A stretch of 63,603 nt of DNA, filler included, from Welwitschia mirabilis (lineage: Eukaryota), in assembly GCA_051453625.1 (NCBI GenBank). It is 7 parts of one record of this genome, joined end to end, with 100 filler letters (N's around TTAATTAATTAA, not from the genome) between each part and the next. Parts side by side here need not be neighbours in the genome. Positions count along the whole stretch, not along the records: positions 1 to 21,166 come from JBOZIK010000001.1; positions 21,267 to 34,502 come from JBOZIK010000001.1; 5 more parts are not named here. One strand, given 5' to 3'. This document shows positions 11,950 through 26,399 of the stretch, piece by piece. The notes under the pieces are model-generated. The model was not told the origin of the DNA and did no database searches. It saw only the letters and a list, made by a program, of their open reading frames with translations. A program made the translations under genes and the position numbers. Positions within the stretch are counted from its first letter, which is position 1; each line of letters starts with the position of its first letter.

Positions 11950-14772
11950 GATCTAGCTACCTCATCTTATAAGATTTCACTTAATATTGTGAAGTATCAA
12001 GAGGATTAGATAACTCACCAACACTCATGTGATTGATGCGATTATGCCTCCACACCAAGCCTTAATGACTTAATAATTTAGTGCATGTTTCAGGATACAA
12101 GAATTATTAGAGTAAAGGAAGAGAGTGGGATGAATCTCTGGATCTTTGGAGCATTTCCATTTTCTTGCGTCGACAATCAAAGATTTCTTCCTTCTTCTTA
12201 AACTCATATTTTCTTTTGTTTGACTTTTCTATTAAAATTTGAAGTATTATGTACCCTTTGATTAAATTTACATTATATATCCCTATGGAAGAATGATACT
12301 AAGTGTTTCACTTAGTGTAAATCTAGATTAGTGTTGTACTTTGATCAGATTTTAGCATAATTACCAAAGATATATTAGCATGGTAAGTTTTTTAAGAGTA
12401 CGTGATTATTTTTGTTACAATTATTTTTAGTTGGATCTTGTTCTTTTAGTGGTGTATACGAGTCTATTTTCAATAAAACCTGAACTAGTTCTTTTCTCTT
12501 TTGTTTTGTATATTCTTGATTTCTTCTAGTGGTAGGTACTAATCCGTTTCTAGTAAAACCTAAACTAGTTTAAATTATTAAGTTTAGTTTTTAATCTAAT
12601 ATCTAAAACTTTTTGTATATCTTTTATTTTCAAGTGCTAGGCCTCATGACCTTTTTTGTAGGTGCAACAGAACCTAAGATCATATGCTAAAACTGAATTA
12701 AACTCTAACAATTTGTATTTTGTGTTTTGATTTCTATACAATTTTGTAATTTTTCATTCTATAAATTTTGTTTTCATTCTATAAATCCTATTAAAATTTT
12801 AAGAAAAAAATTAAAAATGTTAAGTTTAATTTCTTAGGTTGAATTTTTGTAGAACCATAGTTATTTTGGGTTTTTATTAACTTTTTCCTTAGATCCTATA
12901 ACCAAAAACCTTTTGTGTAGAACTTTAGACCCTTTTTCCTTTTTTCTGAACTATTTTATACAACTGAACTAGTGTTGCCACCTTCCCTAACCGACACTGC
13001 TAGCATTTCTACTCCGAATTCTATGAAACTTTAATAGCATCTTTCTGTGATCTCTCTAAACCTTGTTGACTTATAGGTTCCCTCTAAAATTGTGAAAAAC
13101 CTAGAAAACATGAACTTAAACCACAACTGAGAATTATTTTCTTGAACTTATCTCAAAATCCATTTTATACATCTTTCAATTTGAATTCTATCTACTTCTA
13201 TAATCTACAGAATTAAAACTAACCCAAACATACCATAAAAGGCTTTATTAGACTTAGACAAACCTTTGAAGAGTACCCTAAATCTTATTTGTACTTAGAT
13301 CAACCTCCTTATAACTTTGATTTCCAAAACTCATATACCAAACTGCAGGAGTTTAACCCCTCACCTTTCTTGACCTTTTATGATCCCTATCCTTCACCCT
13401 TATTTTCATATCCATCATCCTTTAATTCATATCCTTCATCTTCCCATGAATGGCCTTCATCTTTCCTTTCGTATTTTTTATCATTTAACCAATATCCTTC
13501 ATCTTGCAAAGCCTCTTCAAATTCCTTAGAAGATATCCTTATATGATTCATAAAAGCCCAAATGCAAACAAACCAAAAACTTGAGCAAGATATCGAATAG
13601 TTAATCCAAATCACTACTCAAATATTTAAGCACTAGAAGTTAAAAAACCTTCATACATTCCATGAACCTCGAAGCTTAGAAAACTTTAAAGGGATTAGTC
13701 AAATTAAAATCAACAACACCTAAACCATATTTCTTAGGGATGAAGAAAAATCCCACAATGAAACTTATGATGACATCCAAGAAGACCGTTACTTTAGACC
13801 TGCCTTAGAGAGTGAGTGATTGCATGCAAATAGGTTGTATTTTGAAGTAGGATTAGACATTTTAGATGATAATGTTCAATTAGTTAAAAGTACGCAAACA
13901 TATGAAGGATAAGAAAAATTAAAATTTTATACATCAGAGGATGAACCAAAAAGCAACATTGATGAAGTTAACAATGAATCTATCTTTGAACCTTAACCAA
14001 TGTTACCTATGCAATGTTGTGAGGAAGAATTTCTCAAGAACCTTAATGGAGAAAAGAACATTAACCAAGAGCCTAAACATGATTTCCCTTAAAAAATCTT
14101 TTTCTCAAGAGCCCCTTAAGCCAATAATGACATTCTCATCTTTACCTTCTTAGAAAGATTTCAACCTTAATGAGAAAGACAAATCATCTTCATCTTTGAA
14201 ATCATCTTCTGATACTTTCTTTGACAATCATTCACCTACCATGATTTCCACTTCACCTGTGTCTTCACCTAAAACTAATGTCTTGCATGGGCTGTTGAAT
14301 AAATAAGAACAAGGCAAGAGTTGAAAGATTTTTAATTTTAAACCAAGCAATTTTACTACTGATGTGTTTCCTAATTTTTTGGATTTATGCATAAACATTT
14401 ACAAGGACTCTATCTCATCTTTGAATGCTTTGAGTTATTTCTATTTGTCATTCAATCTTAGCATTCATTATTTTGAGACTTCACATATGCAATACCTTGA
14501 GAATAACCTTTAAAATTTTTAGTTTCCTTGTATGATTTAAAATTAGGACTTTTTAGTAGATTTTTCTTTTAGGATAGATATGAGTCTAAAAAATAAAAAA
14601 TGTGAAAAAATTTTGTTCTTGATGCCCTTTCATGCCTCAGACTACCTAGGCACCTCCACATGTATAATGATAGACTTAAACATTTTTAGGTAGGAAATCC
14701 TAAATATCACCCACTCTACTAAATAAATCATCACTACCTCAAACCTCACTTTTCATTCCTCCCATTTCCACT
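11950..14772 (+). mobile_element. Athila-like LTR 3' part, Asp-type PBS and internal region without recognisable pol
   Basis: LTR ends ...gatca at 12347; degenerate PBS TAGCATAATTACCAAAGA at 12353-12370; leader matches 5700-5830; Pro/Ser/Tyr-rich repeats at 13380-13510; gacttaaac...taggtaggaaatcc 3'-UTR-like motif near 14670-14700. Confidence 0.55.
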
Positions 14773-15780
14773 TGATGAGTAAAAATAATAATGTAAATTT
14801 TTCTTATTAATAAAACTTTTTTATTCTTATAATTATATATTTTAGATGATATTCAATATTTCTCTTTACTATTGGGGTTAAAATACTAGTTAGTTAATAT
14901 ACTCGCTAGTTAATAAGTTAGTTTGTATGTTAGTAGGTTAACATATAGTTTATATGTTAGTAGGTTAACATATAGAATTGTATCATTATTTTACAGGTAC
15001 AAACTTCCATTTGGCATGACGATGAGGGAGAAGGTCAAGATGGAAAAAATATAATAACAACTTCAACCATAAGCCTATTCTTTAGGAGCAAACAAAGAAA
15101 AAAACAAAACAGAAAGGGATAAAGTGTATAAGAAGGGGATCACCATGGAGAAGAAGGATCTTTTAGTAAAAAGGCTCTAGAAATGGAACTGTGTAAGAGA
15201 TCAAAGAAAAACTCCAGACATCTTGAAAAGGGCATAGCAACATCTCTAATGTTCCAGTATTACCTATAAAGAAAAACACAAACTTATCAGTATATCTTTG
15301 TGTAACATTCTGGTATTTTAATATAAAGCTGAAAAGCTAATATTTTTGAGAAGTATTAAAAACATGTTTTATTACTTGAAAAAAATAATATTCTCTTTTA
15401 CTTTCTCCTGTTTGTATAGCTAAACATGAATTAGGATAATTAGCAATACTTAGAAATACATATTATTTAGTGTTTAGTAAAACTTCTATAATGTTTTTTT
15501 CCATTTTCTTCAATCCCCATAATGTGATATATGTATATACTGAACTTTAACAATTATCAACCTAACTAGTTAAAGTAACTTTATCTTGGGTTTATCTTAA
15601 TAATGGATTTTAAACTAAATGATTGAAGTGTTAATGGTCTCAGCTACTTCTTTAGTAAACCTATAATTTTAATTTAATAGTTTCATCTCATTTTAGATTA
15701 ACAACATTATAATTTTTTACATTTTTCATCATAAATTCATAGTATTTTCTATATTTATTTAATAATATAAGATTGCATCA
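14773..15780 (+). mobile_element. 5' LTR of Ty3/gypsy element (TGATG...CATCA)
   Basis: Terminal inverted TGATG/CATCA; followed by PBS TGGCACTAGAAGAAGGA (15784-15800), matching the plant tRNA-Asn 3' end complement TGGCGCTAGAAGGAGGG. Confidence 0.75.
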
Positions 15781-15824
15781 TTTTGGCACTAGAAGAAGGA
15801 CTATCCTAAAGCAAACTACTAGAG

Positions 15825-18800
15825 ATGAATAAGTCTATAATTCAATAGGATAGTAAAGGAAAATGGTGGGACGAAAGAGGTGCATTTGTTAAAATCCTTA
15901 CAAGTATGATTTGAATGAGAAGACTAGAAGTAGGATTAAAATAGAAATAAAAGAGGAAGATTTTATTATGAATGAAACCACTATTAGGAAGTCCATGAAA
16001 GAATAAATCTTTTTGGAATTAATGAGTGAAATAGAATAGCACTTTCTTACTCTTCTTAAATTACCTATCACTCAGGGAGAATCTTTCCAAATACTTAAGA
16101 TAAATAGACTTGAAAAGAAATTTGTAGTCAGGTGTTATTAGGAAGATGATAGAGATTTAAAACCTTTGAATTATTAAACTCATTAGCTAAAAGATTTAAG
16201 TATTATTAATCATCTGGCCTTAGAATACCCAGAAAAATTGAGAAATTTAAATATAATGTTAATACTCACTTTTGAGGGTAAGAATTTAGAAGAACCTCTA
16301 CTGCATTTAAGTTTATTTAATGCCTTCTACAAAGCAAATTAACTTGATTTAAAATTGAATTTTTTAAAGTGCTTTCCTTTTTCTTTAAAAGGGGATTTTC
16401 AGCTATGGTATTATAGAAATCCTAATAATGATTTTAGTTCATGTGGAACTATTAAGAATGCTTTCTTGATTAAATTTTAATTGATAAGGATAATTGAAGA
16501 TTTAAAAGAATAATTTTTAAATATTAAACAGAAAGATAATGAAAGGTTTGATAAGTTCATGGATAGGTATAATATCTTATTAGTTAAATGTCCCAACCAT
16601 AGAATTATAGTTAAAGAACGAGTCAGATCTTTATTTAGAGGATTATAGAGTTAAACTTTAAAGGAATTAGATTTACTATGTAGAGGAAGCATCAAGAAAA
16701 AGAATGTTCAAGAGCTAGGAGAAGCTATTACTCAGTTTTATAACATGAGTCAAGGATGAAGTAAAAAAGTACAAAGAAGAAAAGGATAAATAAAGTATTT
16801 AAACAAAAGCAGATGGTAGTGTGTATAATTCAAAGTATATCAGTCTTATAAAAGAACTAGCTAAAAAGGTAACTAATAGTATGGTGGAAAAGTTTGATTA
16901 ACTAGATATACAATACTTTAAAGAGGAAGAAGAACCTATTGTGAACACCATGGAGAAGATAATCATGAAGGAATAGAATATACCTAGATGTATGAATTTG
17001 TTCATTGCTTGGATATTAATAGAATAGATTTAAATATACTAAATTAAACTTAAGTAAGAAAAAAACCATATCCTTACCAAAGTAGGAAATGATAAGATAA
17101 GTCAAAAATTCTTTACAAAAGTATGTAAATTCTAAAAGGCAAGAGTAATATGATTATTATAGAAATTGAAGAAACAAAGATTCAAACGACATGAAAGAAA
17201 AATCAAAAGCAGGGAAGAAAGAGGGAAAAATACCTGCTCAACCTCAACCAAATCCAAGGAAAGCAATAAGTAAAGCAGTGACTACTAGATCTAGAAAACA
17301 AATGGTGATAGATGAAGATTAAAAAAAGAAAAAATTGAATAGCTGTCTAGTTGATGAAGGAATAAATATAGGGAAGAAAGCATTAGTTGATGCATCAGTG
17401 GATCCTCTACCTTTTCCAATAAGAAGTAAACAAATATAACATCTAAAAATTGAAAAGGACATAGAATACTTAATAAAATATTTAGAAGATACAATAAAAC
17501 CATTACCTATTTTGAAATTACTAAAAGATGTACCTATGTATTAGAAGCAAATGAATAGCATGTTCTTAAAACAAAGGAATAAAAAGGAAAGTAAGAAAGA
17601 AAAAAAAACTTGATATGGTTATGAAAGATCATGTTTCTTGAGCTTCCACCTAAGTTCTTCAAAATACATAACATGAAAAGTAAAGTGATTCAGGAGCACC
17701 TATGAGAGACATAAAAATTAATGAGAAGCTCAAAATAGAAGCACTTGTGAATCTAGAGGCAAGTTTTAATGTAATGGCATATGAGACTTATGAGGAATTG
17801 GGAAATCCAAAATTGATACCTTATCAAGGAAAAGTGTACCTAGTGGATGATTCAATAGTAATATTAGGAGGAGTCCTAAATAATATACCCATCAAACTCT
17901 AACGATTTATCTACTTAATATATTCTTTAGTAATGATAACTCAGGGAGATACCAATGCAATAATTTTAGGAAGACCTTGAATGGATACTGTAGATGCTAC
18001 TACTTATTTTAACAAAGGGGTAATGGAAATTAGTTAAGGAGATCTTAAGAAAGAGATCAAGTTATCTAATACAGCGGTTGTAGAGTGGTGCATAATACAG
18101 AAGCTAGAACCAATGTAATTCTGATAGAAGAGGTTAGTATGATGTTAAATATGAAAAACTGAAAAAAATTTGTAGAAGAAAGTTTGAAATCTTAAGAAAT
18201 AGAAAAGCCTCTACTTAAGGAAGAATTAGAGTACATTGAAGTAGCTCCCAATAGACCTTTGATTGTAAATACTAGTTTAACTCATTCTCAAAAAATGAAG
18301 CTCAAAATAATATTGATAAGAAGAAAACGAGCTTTTTCTTGTGGTCATACTAATATTAATGGAATAGATCCAAAAGTATGTTGATATAAAATTTATTTCT
18401 TATGTCAATATAAAATTTATGTGGATAATTCTATTAAACCAAGTAGGCAGTCAGAAAGAAGATGCAATCCACATACGTAAGAAATAATTAAATAAGCAAT
18501 TTCTAAACTCTTAAATGTTGAATTCATCTATTTTATATCTGATTCAAAATGGGTTATTTCTATTATAGTGGTGCCCAAGAAGAAAAATAAATGGAAAGTG
18601 CATATAGATTTTCAAATGATAAATACAACTACTTAAAAAGATCATTTTCCTCTTTCATTTATAGATCAAGTTTTAAAAAGATTAACTAAGCATCAGTATT
18701 ATAGCTTTCTTAATGAGTATAGTTCTCAATAGCTTTGTAGGATTAAGCCAAGATAACTTTTACTTGTTATTAGGATCTTATGCCTATAAACTATTACAAT

Positions 18801-21166
18801 TTGGATTATGTACTGCCCCTACTACCTTCTAAAAGTTAGTAATTAGTATTTTTGAAGATATGATAGGAAGATTTATTGAAGTATTTATAGATTATTTCTC
18901 AACTTTTGAAAATAATTTTGATGAATCACTTAACAAATTGGAAATATTTTTAGAAACATGTAAAGAGAAATGCTTAAAACTTAGCTAGTTAAAAAGTTAT
19001 CTTATGGTGACAAAGGACATAGTTTTGAGACATAAAATATCTCAAAAAGGGCTTGAGACTAATGAATAAAAAATTAAAGTTATAAAAGATATCTTACCCC
19101 AACCAAACTAAAACAATTAAGATCTTTCTTGGGGCATGTTGAATATTATCAAAGATTTATATCTAACTTTAGTAAAATTGCTAAACCTATGAATAAACTT
19201 TTAAAGAAAGATGTGGAATATAATTAAACTGATAAATTTCAAAGTATCTATCAAACTTTAAAAGATAAAATTTTATCAGCATTTATTTTATAGGGATCTA
19301 ATTGGATAAGACCATTCTACATTATGACTAATGCATCTAGCCATGCTATAGAAGTTGTTTTAGGGCAAAAAGGTAAAAACAATAAACTATATGCTATTGC
19401 TTATATTAGTTAGAACTTTAAACCAGCTTAACAAAATTACATAGTAACTAAAAAAGAGTTGTTAATAGAAGCAATGACATTAGAAATTTAGACATTATAT
19501 TTAAGATTACAAAGTATAAGTTCATATAGATTATAGTGCTATTAGAATTTTGATGAATAAAAAAGAAGCTAATTCTAGAATTATGAGATGGATATTATTA
19601 ATGCAAAAATTTTACTTAAAACATATTAACAAAAGAGGGACAAAAAATGTAGTAGTAGATTGTCTCTTAAGATTAGAATTTCCTGATGAAGAACAAATAA
19701 ATATAAGAGATGAATTTCTAGATGAATGTCTCTTTCAAGTAAAAAACAGTCCATGGCATGCTAACATAGCAAATGTTATTGTAAGTAATAAATTAGCATA
19801 TTTTATAAATTATTATAAAACAAAAAGATTACTAAGAGAATCTAGAGACTAAATATGACATGATAANNNNNNNNNNNNNNNNNNNNNNNNNNNNNNNNNN
19901 NNNNNNNNNNNNNNNNNNNNNNNNNNNNNNNNNNNNNNNNNNNNNNNNNNNNNNNNNNNNNNNNNNNNNNNNNNNNNNNNNNNNNNNNNNNNNNNNNNNN
20001 NNNNNNNNNNNNNNNNNNNNNNNNNNNNNNNNNNNNNNNNNNNNNNNNNNNNNNNNNNNNNNNNNNNNNNNNNNNNNNNNNNNNNNNNNNNNNNNNNNNN
20101 NNNNNNNNNNNNNNNNNNNNNNNNNNNNNNNNNNNNNNNNNNNNNNNNNNNNNNNNNNNNNNNNNNNNNNNNNNNNNNNNNNNNNNNNNNNNNNNNNNNN
20201 NNNNNNNNNNNNNNNNNNNNNNNNNNNNNNNNNNNNNNNNNNNNNNNNNNNNNNNNNNNNNNNNNNNNNNNNNNNNNNNNNNNNNNNNNNNNNNNNNNNN
20301 NNNNNNNNNNNNNNNNNNNNNNNNNNNNNNNNNNNNNNNNNNNNNNNNNNNNNNNNNNNNNNNNNNNNNNNNNNNNNNNNNNNNNNNNNNNNNNNNNNNN
20401 NNNNNNNNNNNNNNNNNNNNNNNNNNNNNNNNNNNNNNNNNNNNNNNNNNNNNNNNNNNNNNNNNNNNNNNNNNNNNNNNNNNNNNNNNNNNNNNNNNNN
20501 NNNNNNNNNNNNNNNNNNNNNNNNNNNNNNNNNNNNNNNNNNNNNNNNNNNNNNNNNNNNNNNNNNNNNNNNNNNNNNNNNNNNNNNNNNNNNNNNNNNN
20601 NNNNNNNNATAATGGACTTAGTCAATTAAACCTTTTGATGTCTAGAGAGTAGATTCCATTAGACCTATCAATCCTTTCTCCTATGAAAAAACATATATTT
20701 TGGTTTGTGTTTTGATTATTTTACTAAGTGGGCAAAGGCTAAGGCTATATTTGACTATTTTTTTCAAATTGTAGTTACCTTTTTTCTTAAGAATATTATC
20801 TATTGGTTTGGAGTCTTCTGATGCCCTATATCTGATAGAGAAGCTCATTTTACTANNNNNNNNNNAACTCTCTACCATCTATCATCCTTAATGTAGTAAC
20901 CAAGCTAAAGTGACTAATAGAAAAATTAATAGAATATTAAAAAAAGTCATAAATAGTAAGAAAACAAATTAGGTTAAAAAATTAAATGAATCTTTATGGG
21001 ATTACAAAATAACATGAAAACATAGCATAGGATTTACATCATATGAACTAGTTTATTGAAAAAGAACTATTTTGCCAATTGAACTTAGAATAAGAACCTT
21101 TAAATTTGCTAAAGAACTAATGTATAATTTGGATACAGCTCAAGAAGAATGGATAGTAAACATGAA
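15825..21166 (+). pseudogene. Decayed Athila-like gag-PR-RT-RH-INT polyprotein
   Basis: gag CFPFSLKG..WY; protease EALVNLEASFNVM; RT EVFIDYFSTF (from EVFMDDFSVF); RNase H KKEANSRIMRWILLMQKF; integrase remnants at 20610-21166; many stops. Confidence 0.9.
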
Positions 21167-21210
21167 NNNNNNNNNNNNNNNNNNNNNNNNNNNNNNNNNN
21201 NNNNNNNNNN

Positions 21211-21222
21211 TTAATTAATTAA
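21211..21222. other. Artificial scaffold-join linker TTAATTAATTAA in an N spacer (also at 34547, 42865, 49524, 57366, 62498)
   Basis: Identical 12-mer with stops in all six frames, always flanked by N runs. Confidence 0.95.
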
Positions 21223-21267
21223 NNNNNNNNNNNNNNNNNNNNNNNNNNNNNNNNNNNNNNNNNNNNA

Positions 21268-24200
21268 TTGCACGACCCTCTTCTACACAACATGTTTACT
21301 ACCCACAGAAAAGAAGCTAAAAGTGCATAAGAGGAGTGAAGAGGGGCCTTTTGGATCTATTGCCCCTACATTATGAGACTGATTTACTTTGTCATGTTAT
21401 TCACTTAGAGGATCCATTGTCTGGAGATCCATTTTTGTGATTTGTAGATCAGATGAACATTGTATTTTCACGGTTTTAACTTCTATGTAGCACAATAGTA
21501 ATTGATCAGACAACTAGATGTAATTGACATTTTATGTTAACAAAATTTCCCTACTTGCCTTTCAATTTATAGAATGGTTATTTAGTTAATGACAATGTTT
21601 TGTTAGCTTTTCGTGAGATATTGATGATTATGAATCACGAATTGTTAAAGAAAATGCATGATCGTAGTGTATCTATTACTGTTTTCCCTTTAATTGCTTA
21701 GCAAAAGCATTAAGGTAATGCTCACACACGTTAAATGCTCATAAAATTTAGAAAGGAAAAGAAATCAAATGATTTTTTTATTGCCTATTTTTTTGGCAGA
21801 CTTTTGGCGACTAATCTCCCACGTTGCCGACTCGACTTTTCTTTGGGGGTTGCCAACATCTTAATTTTGCCGACTTCTTAAACTATGCTTATAAGGACAA
21901 ATAAGTTGAATGTTTCCATGTCTATTAAAAAAATAACGTTTAAGACTTGTCTTGGCAAAGGATTCATACTTAGTACTAGGGCCAAAATTTTGGAAAACGA
22001 GAGAGTTCGACTTGCCACAACCAATTCCTGATTTGTCCGAAGGATTTCGTCCCAACCCTAGTAACTTGTTCAAATTTTCATTCCCTTGGGTCAAGCGAGT
22101 TGCTGTAGTCTTAGCATCTTGTAGTTCAAGAGTTAAAGAAGATATTTTTGCATTGGCTTCTTTCGAATCATATTCTAATTTATCAATTGTCTTGTTGTAA
22201 ACCACGTTTTTCTTTCCTAGATCTAAGCTAAATGAATACAGTTTCTAGTAAGCATCTAAAAGTTTATCATGATCAATATCTAGGTTATTGCAATCGAGAA
22301 AGACATTTTCAGATATTTCCTATCTAGAGCTAGTAACGTCATTATCATTTGAATAACTAGAGAAGATAGGGATACTTACCTCTTTTGCTACAACCAAGAG
22401 TCCAAAGTCCACCATGTCATCTTCATCACTAGAATCAACTCGTTCGTCACCTGACTCATCCCATGTAGCCTTAAACACTTGTTTTCCTTTGTCTTTCCTG
22501 TCCTTATTGTTTGCACAATCTGTAGCTACATGCCCAAAACCTTTGCATTCATAACATTGAATAGATTGAAGAGATTTCTTGCCTTTGTCAACTTTACCTT
22601 TGAATGGTCTTTTGGAGTATTTTGATTCCTTCTTCTTACTTAGAAACCACTTGAAGTTCTTGGTGAGGAGAACTAGACCTTCATTAATGTTATCTTCACT
22701 TGAACAACTTTCATTGGAGTCGTCATTTGCTTTTAACGCAATGCTCTTTCGTTTTGGTATTTCTACTTTTGGAAGTAGAGTTGCTTTATAGGTTATCAAG
22801 GTTCCTTTCAATTCTTCCACCTTCATTTTTTTCCATATCCTTGCTTTCTTCAATCGCTAACACTTTAGGTTTGAATTTTGTAGTAAGACTTTTTAGGATT
22901 CTTCTTACTACTCGATTTTTTGGAACTCTTTCACCTAATCCTCACATGTCGTTGACGATGTCACTGATCTTGATTGTATATTTAGCAACTAACTCTGATT
23001 CTTCTACCTTGATGTTTTCAGACTTGGTAGCAAGGAGCTAGAGTTTAGAATTCTTTACAATGTTGGTCCTTTTTTACATTTCTTGGGCATTGGTACATTG
23101 CATTATTTTGTCATACTCCTCATTTGATAGTGCACAAATTATCGCGTTCATAGCTTTTGCATTATTTTGGAGTTGTCTTTTGTCATCATNNNNNNNNNNN
23201 NNNNNNNNNNNNNNNNNNNNNNNNNNNNNNNNNNNNNNNNNNNNNNNNNNNNNNNNNNNNNNNNNNNNNNNNNGCTAGAACTTCATCTATGTTATCTTCA
23301 CTTGAACAACTCCCATTGGAATCGTCATTAGCCTTTAGCGCAATGCTCTTTCATTTTGACGTTTCTTATTCTGGAAGTAGAGTGGCTTCATAGGCCATCA
23401 AAGATCCTTTCAATTATTCCACCTTCATTTTATCTATGTCCTGCCTTCTTCAATCATTGTTACTTTAGGTCTGAATTTTGTAGTCAGACTTCTTAGGATT
23501 TTTCTTACTACATGATTTTCTGAAACTTCTTCACCTAATCCCCACATGCTATTGACAATTTTACTGATCTTCGTTGTATACTCTGCAACCCACTCTGATT
23601 CTTCCATCTTGATGTTTTCAAACTTGGTAGCAAGGAGCTGGAGTTTAGAGTTCTTTACAATGTTAGTCCCTTCATGAGCCACCTTCAGGGTCTTCCACAT
23701 TTCTTTGGCACTGGGACATTCGACTATCCTGTCATACTCCTCATTTGATAGTGCATAAATTATCATGTTCATAGCTTTTGCATTATTTTGGAGTTGTCTT
23801 TTGTCATCCTCATCCCATTCATCTTTGGGTTTTGCAGACACAACTATATTCATGTCAATCTTCGTAGGTGGTTGATAGCCTAGCTTTACCAAGTCCTAAA
23901 TATCCGAATGAAGGGATATCAAGAATATGCTCATCTTAGACTTCCAATCAGCATAGTTGCTTCCATCAAAGAAAGGGGGTCTGAATACTGCATGAGCTTC
24001 TGGATAGCTTGAGTAGCTAGAGGATGCCATAATTACCTAAAAAACACAAAGATATACTAATCTAGAGCAACCAGACTCTGATACCAATTGTTAAGATCGA
24101 ATGGCACCCTAGAGGAGGGGTGAATGGGGTGTTATCAACAATTACAAAATGTCTAAGTTGAATAAACAACAGCATTTAGAATAATGAGCAAATGCAGTAG

Positions 24201-25140
24201 ATAAAAATGAAAAGATACCAAAGAAGAATGCACCATAGATTTATACTAGTTCGGCACACAAGCTTACTACACTCTCAGGGGCAACAACAGCCTTCAACCT
24301 CCCTGTTCCTTTAATCTTTAAAAAACAATACCCCACCCTCTAACAAGGGTCTTCAGCATGAATGCAGCTATACACCAAGGTAACTCCTATTACCACTTAA
24401 TGCTCATCAAGAGCTACATATAAAATGAGTAAAGATTGGCTTTTGACGGTTGTGTGCCAAAGATAGACTAATTGTCAATGTGTTTTCAGCACTCCATTCT
24501 TTCAACAAGATAGCTCAGTGAAGTACAGAAGAAAGAAAAGAGAGAGGACAAGAACATGATAGCTCAATCTAGTACAGTTCTTTTTGCAATAGATCAAAAT
24601 GATATTATAGTCAAGCTGCTCTTTGATCTCCTATATAACTAGGTTATATACCCTCCTTTTCTAGTTGTTAGATCCTCGAATAAGGTGCAATGAGTCTTGA
24701 GTGTCGTGCCAGAGGATATCCTAGACATTTTTCCCTTGGAAGTTGCACTTCTCTGGCCAAAACAATCATCTCTCCGCTCTAATGTTTACCCATTCGGACG
24801 TCCCATTTGGAGAGCTCGAATGTCCCATCTTTTTACCCTTAAAACTGAATGCATCCCGGACATCCCGGTTTGACAGGTCAGACGTCCCCATAGTTTCAAA
24901 CAAATTTGATCCCAGATGTCCCGGTTTGACAGGTCGGACGTCTACATACTGTGAACCCGCGTTTTTCCCAGACGTCCCAATGTGCCAGGTTGGATGTCCC
25001 AATCAGATTTCCTTGGAAATTTTCCAAATTTGATTGATCTCTCCGTTTTTGCTAGTCTTCGAATTCATAGATTCTCAAGAAAGCTTTCATTTAGCTTGAT
25101 AGGACTTACGTCATCATCATTGAAACTCTTTTATCCAACA
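21268..25140 (-). mobile_element. SIRE-like Ty1/copia element, 5' portion (LTR 24089-25140, Met PBS, gag, protease remnant)
   Basis: LTR TGTTGG...AACA with ggacgtcc palindromes; PBS TGGTATCAGAG at 24076-24086; gag from ATG 24030 (RPPFFDGSNYADWK, zinc knuckle CYECKGFGHVATDC); protease-like WI.DNGSS near 21390-21435. Confidence 0.9.
21861..24030 (-). pseudogene. Copia gag with an internal duplication of about 0.5-0.6 kb
   Basis: ORF-track fragments 23434-23892, 22320-22853 and 21861-22205; 23274-23790 repeats 22675-23190 with substitutions and a deletion. Confidence 0.85.
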
Positions 25141-26399
25141 CTAACATGGCAAAATTTCTAAGTAAAGGCATTCAAGCAATTATGTGAAAATGATGAGAAC
25201 TTCAAAAATTTTGGCTAATTTTTGAAAAAAAAAATGAGGCATTAAAAATAAATTTCAAGTGCATAAGCCATACCCCTTGTCCTCAAAGTTTGAAAAGATA
25301 GAAAAAATTGAACACAAGATTTGGGAACGAGTTGATACAACCTTAAGGAAAATTGTTCATTACATGTCGTTTAATTTCAAAGGGAAAAAATGCAAGACAA
25401 TTCAACTAAGCTATAATGCAAAGAAAAAGCTAACTAATGAGAATTCGTTGTCTCGATCTTCTACCCAATCTCTTCTTGCTAACAATACAGGCTTGCTTTG
25501 CCTAGATAATCATGAAGTGAAAGGTTAGTCCATAAAAACATTCATGCTTCATGTTGTGCTTTCTCATAGAATGGAGGTGAGGTGAAAACGGTAGTGTGAA
25601 TGGATGTGAAGCAGAAAATGGCATTATATATGAATCTCAACCATGCAACCTATGAATGAAAGAGACAAGTTACCAATGCTAATGGCCTTATTTTATTGCA
25701 ATTTTTGTAATTTTTAATTTTCTTTAATGGATCTCAATGCCAAACAAGTGAGGTATCAACTAAGTTAACTCATAAATGTTCAATAGTAGTAAGAAAATCT
25801 TTAGTACAATTGTTAAACAAATTGAAACACAGAAGATTTCCAATTCCCATCTTAATTTTCATTCCACTTTCCCTTCTACAATCAGGATCTTACTGAGCAT
25901 CCAGTGTTATAGCATTTTTCTTAACATGTTGACCTTGAAGAAATCAGTGCTACATTGCTAGCAAACATCTATAGCCCCGATGCAGTTGAACATGGTAGAA
26001 GTAGATCATTAGAGCTGCATTGCCAGCAAGCATCCATAGCCCTAATGCAGTTAACTAAATCCAATAAACTAATCAAAGATAAAAATGTGTGAGTGGAGAA
26101 GAGAGATTACTTTTCTTTTGATTCTAGTTCTCGTATACATTTTTCAAATGTATATATGAGGAGTCATTGGCTCATTAGCCTAATTAAGAAATATTTTATC
26201 CCTATAAATGCTTGAAAGCAAAGATTATAACATGAAAACAGATTCCACCTTTTCATCCATTTTTTTTTTAAATCGAAGACCTGAAGGGAATGCAAACCTT
26301 AACAATATAACTTAAAATAAGTATAAGTTTCTCTCAAAAATCATAAGTCCACCTAATCTCAACCAACATTTGAAATGACAAAAAGATCACTTATTTCGA

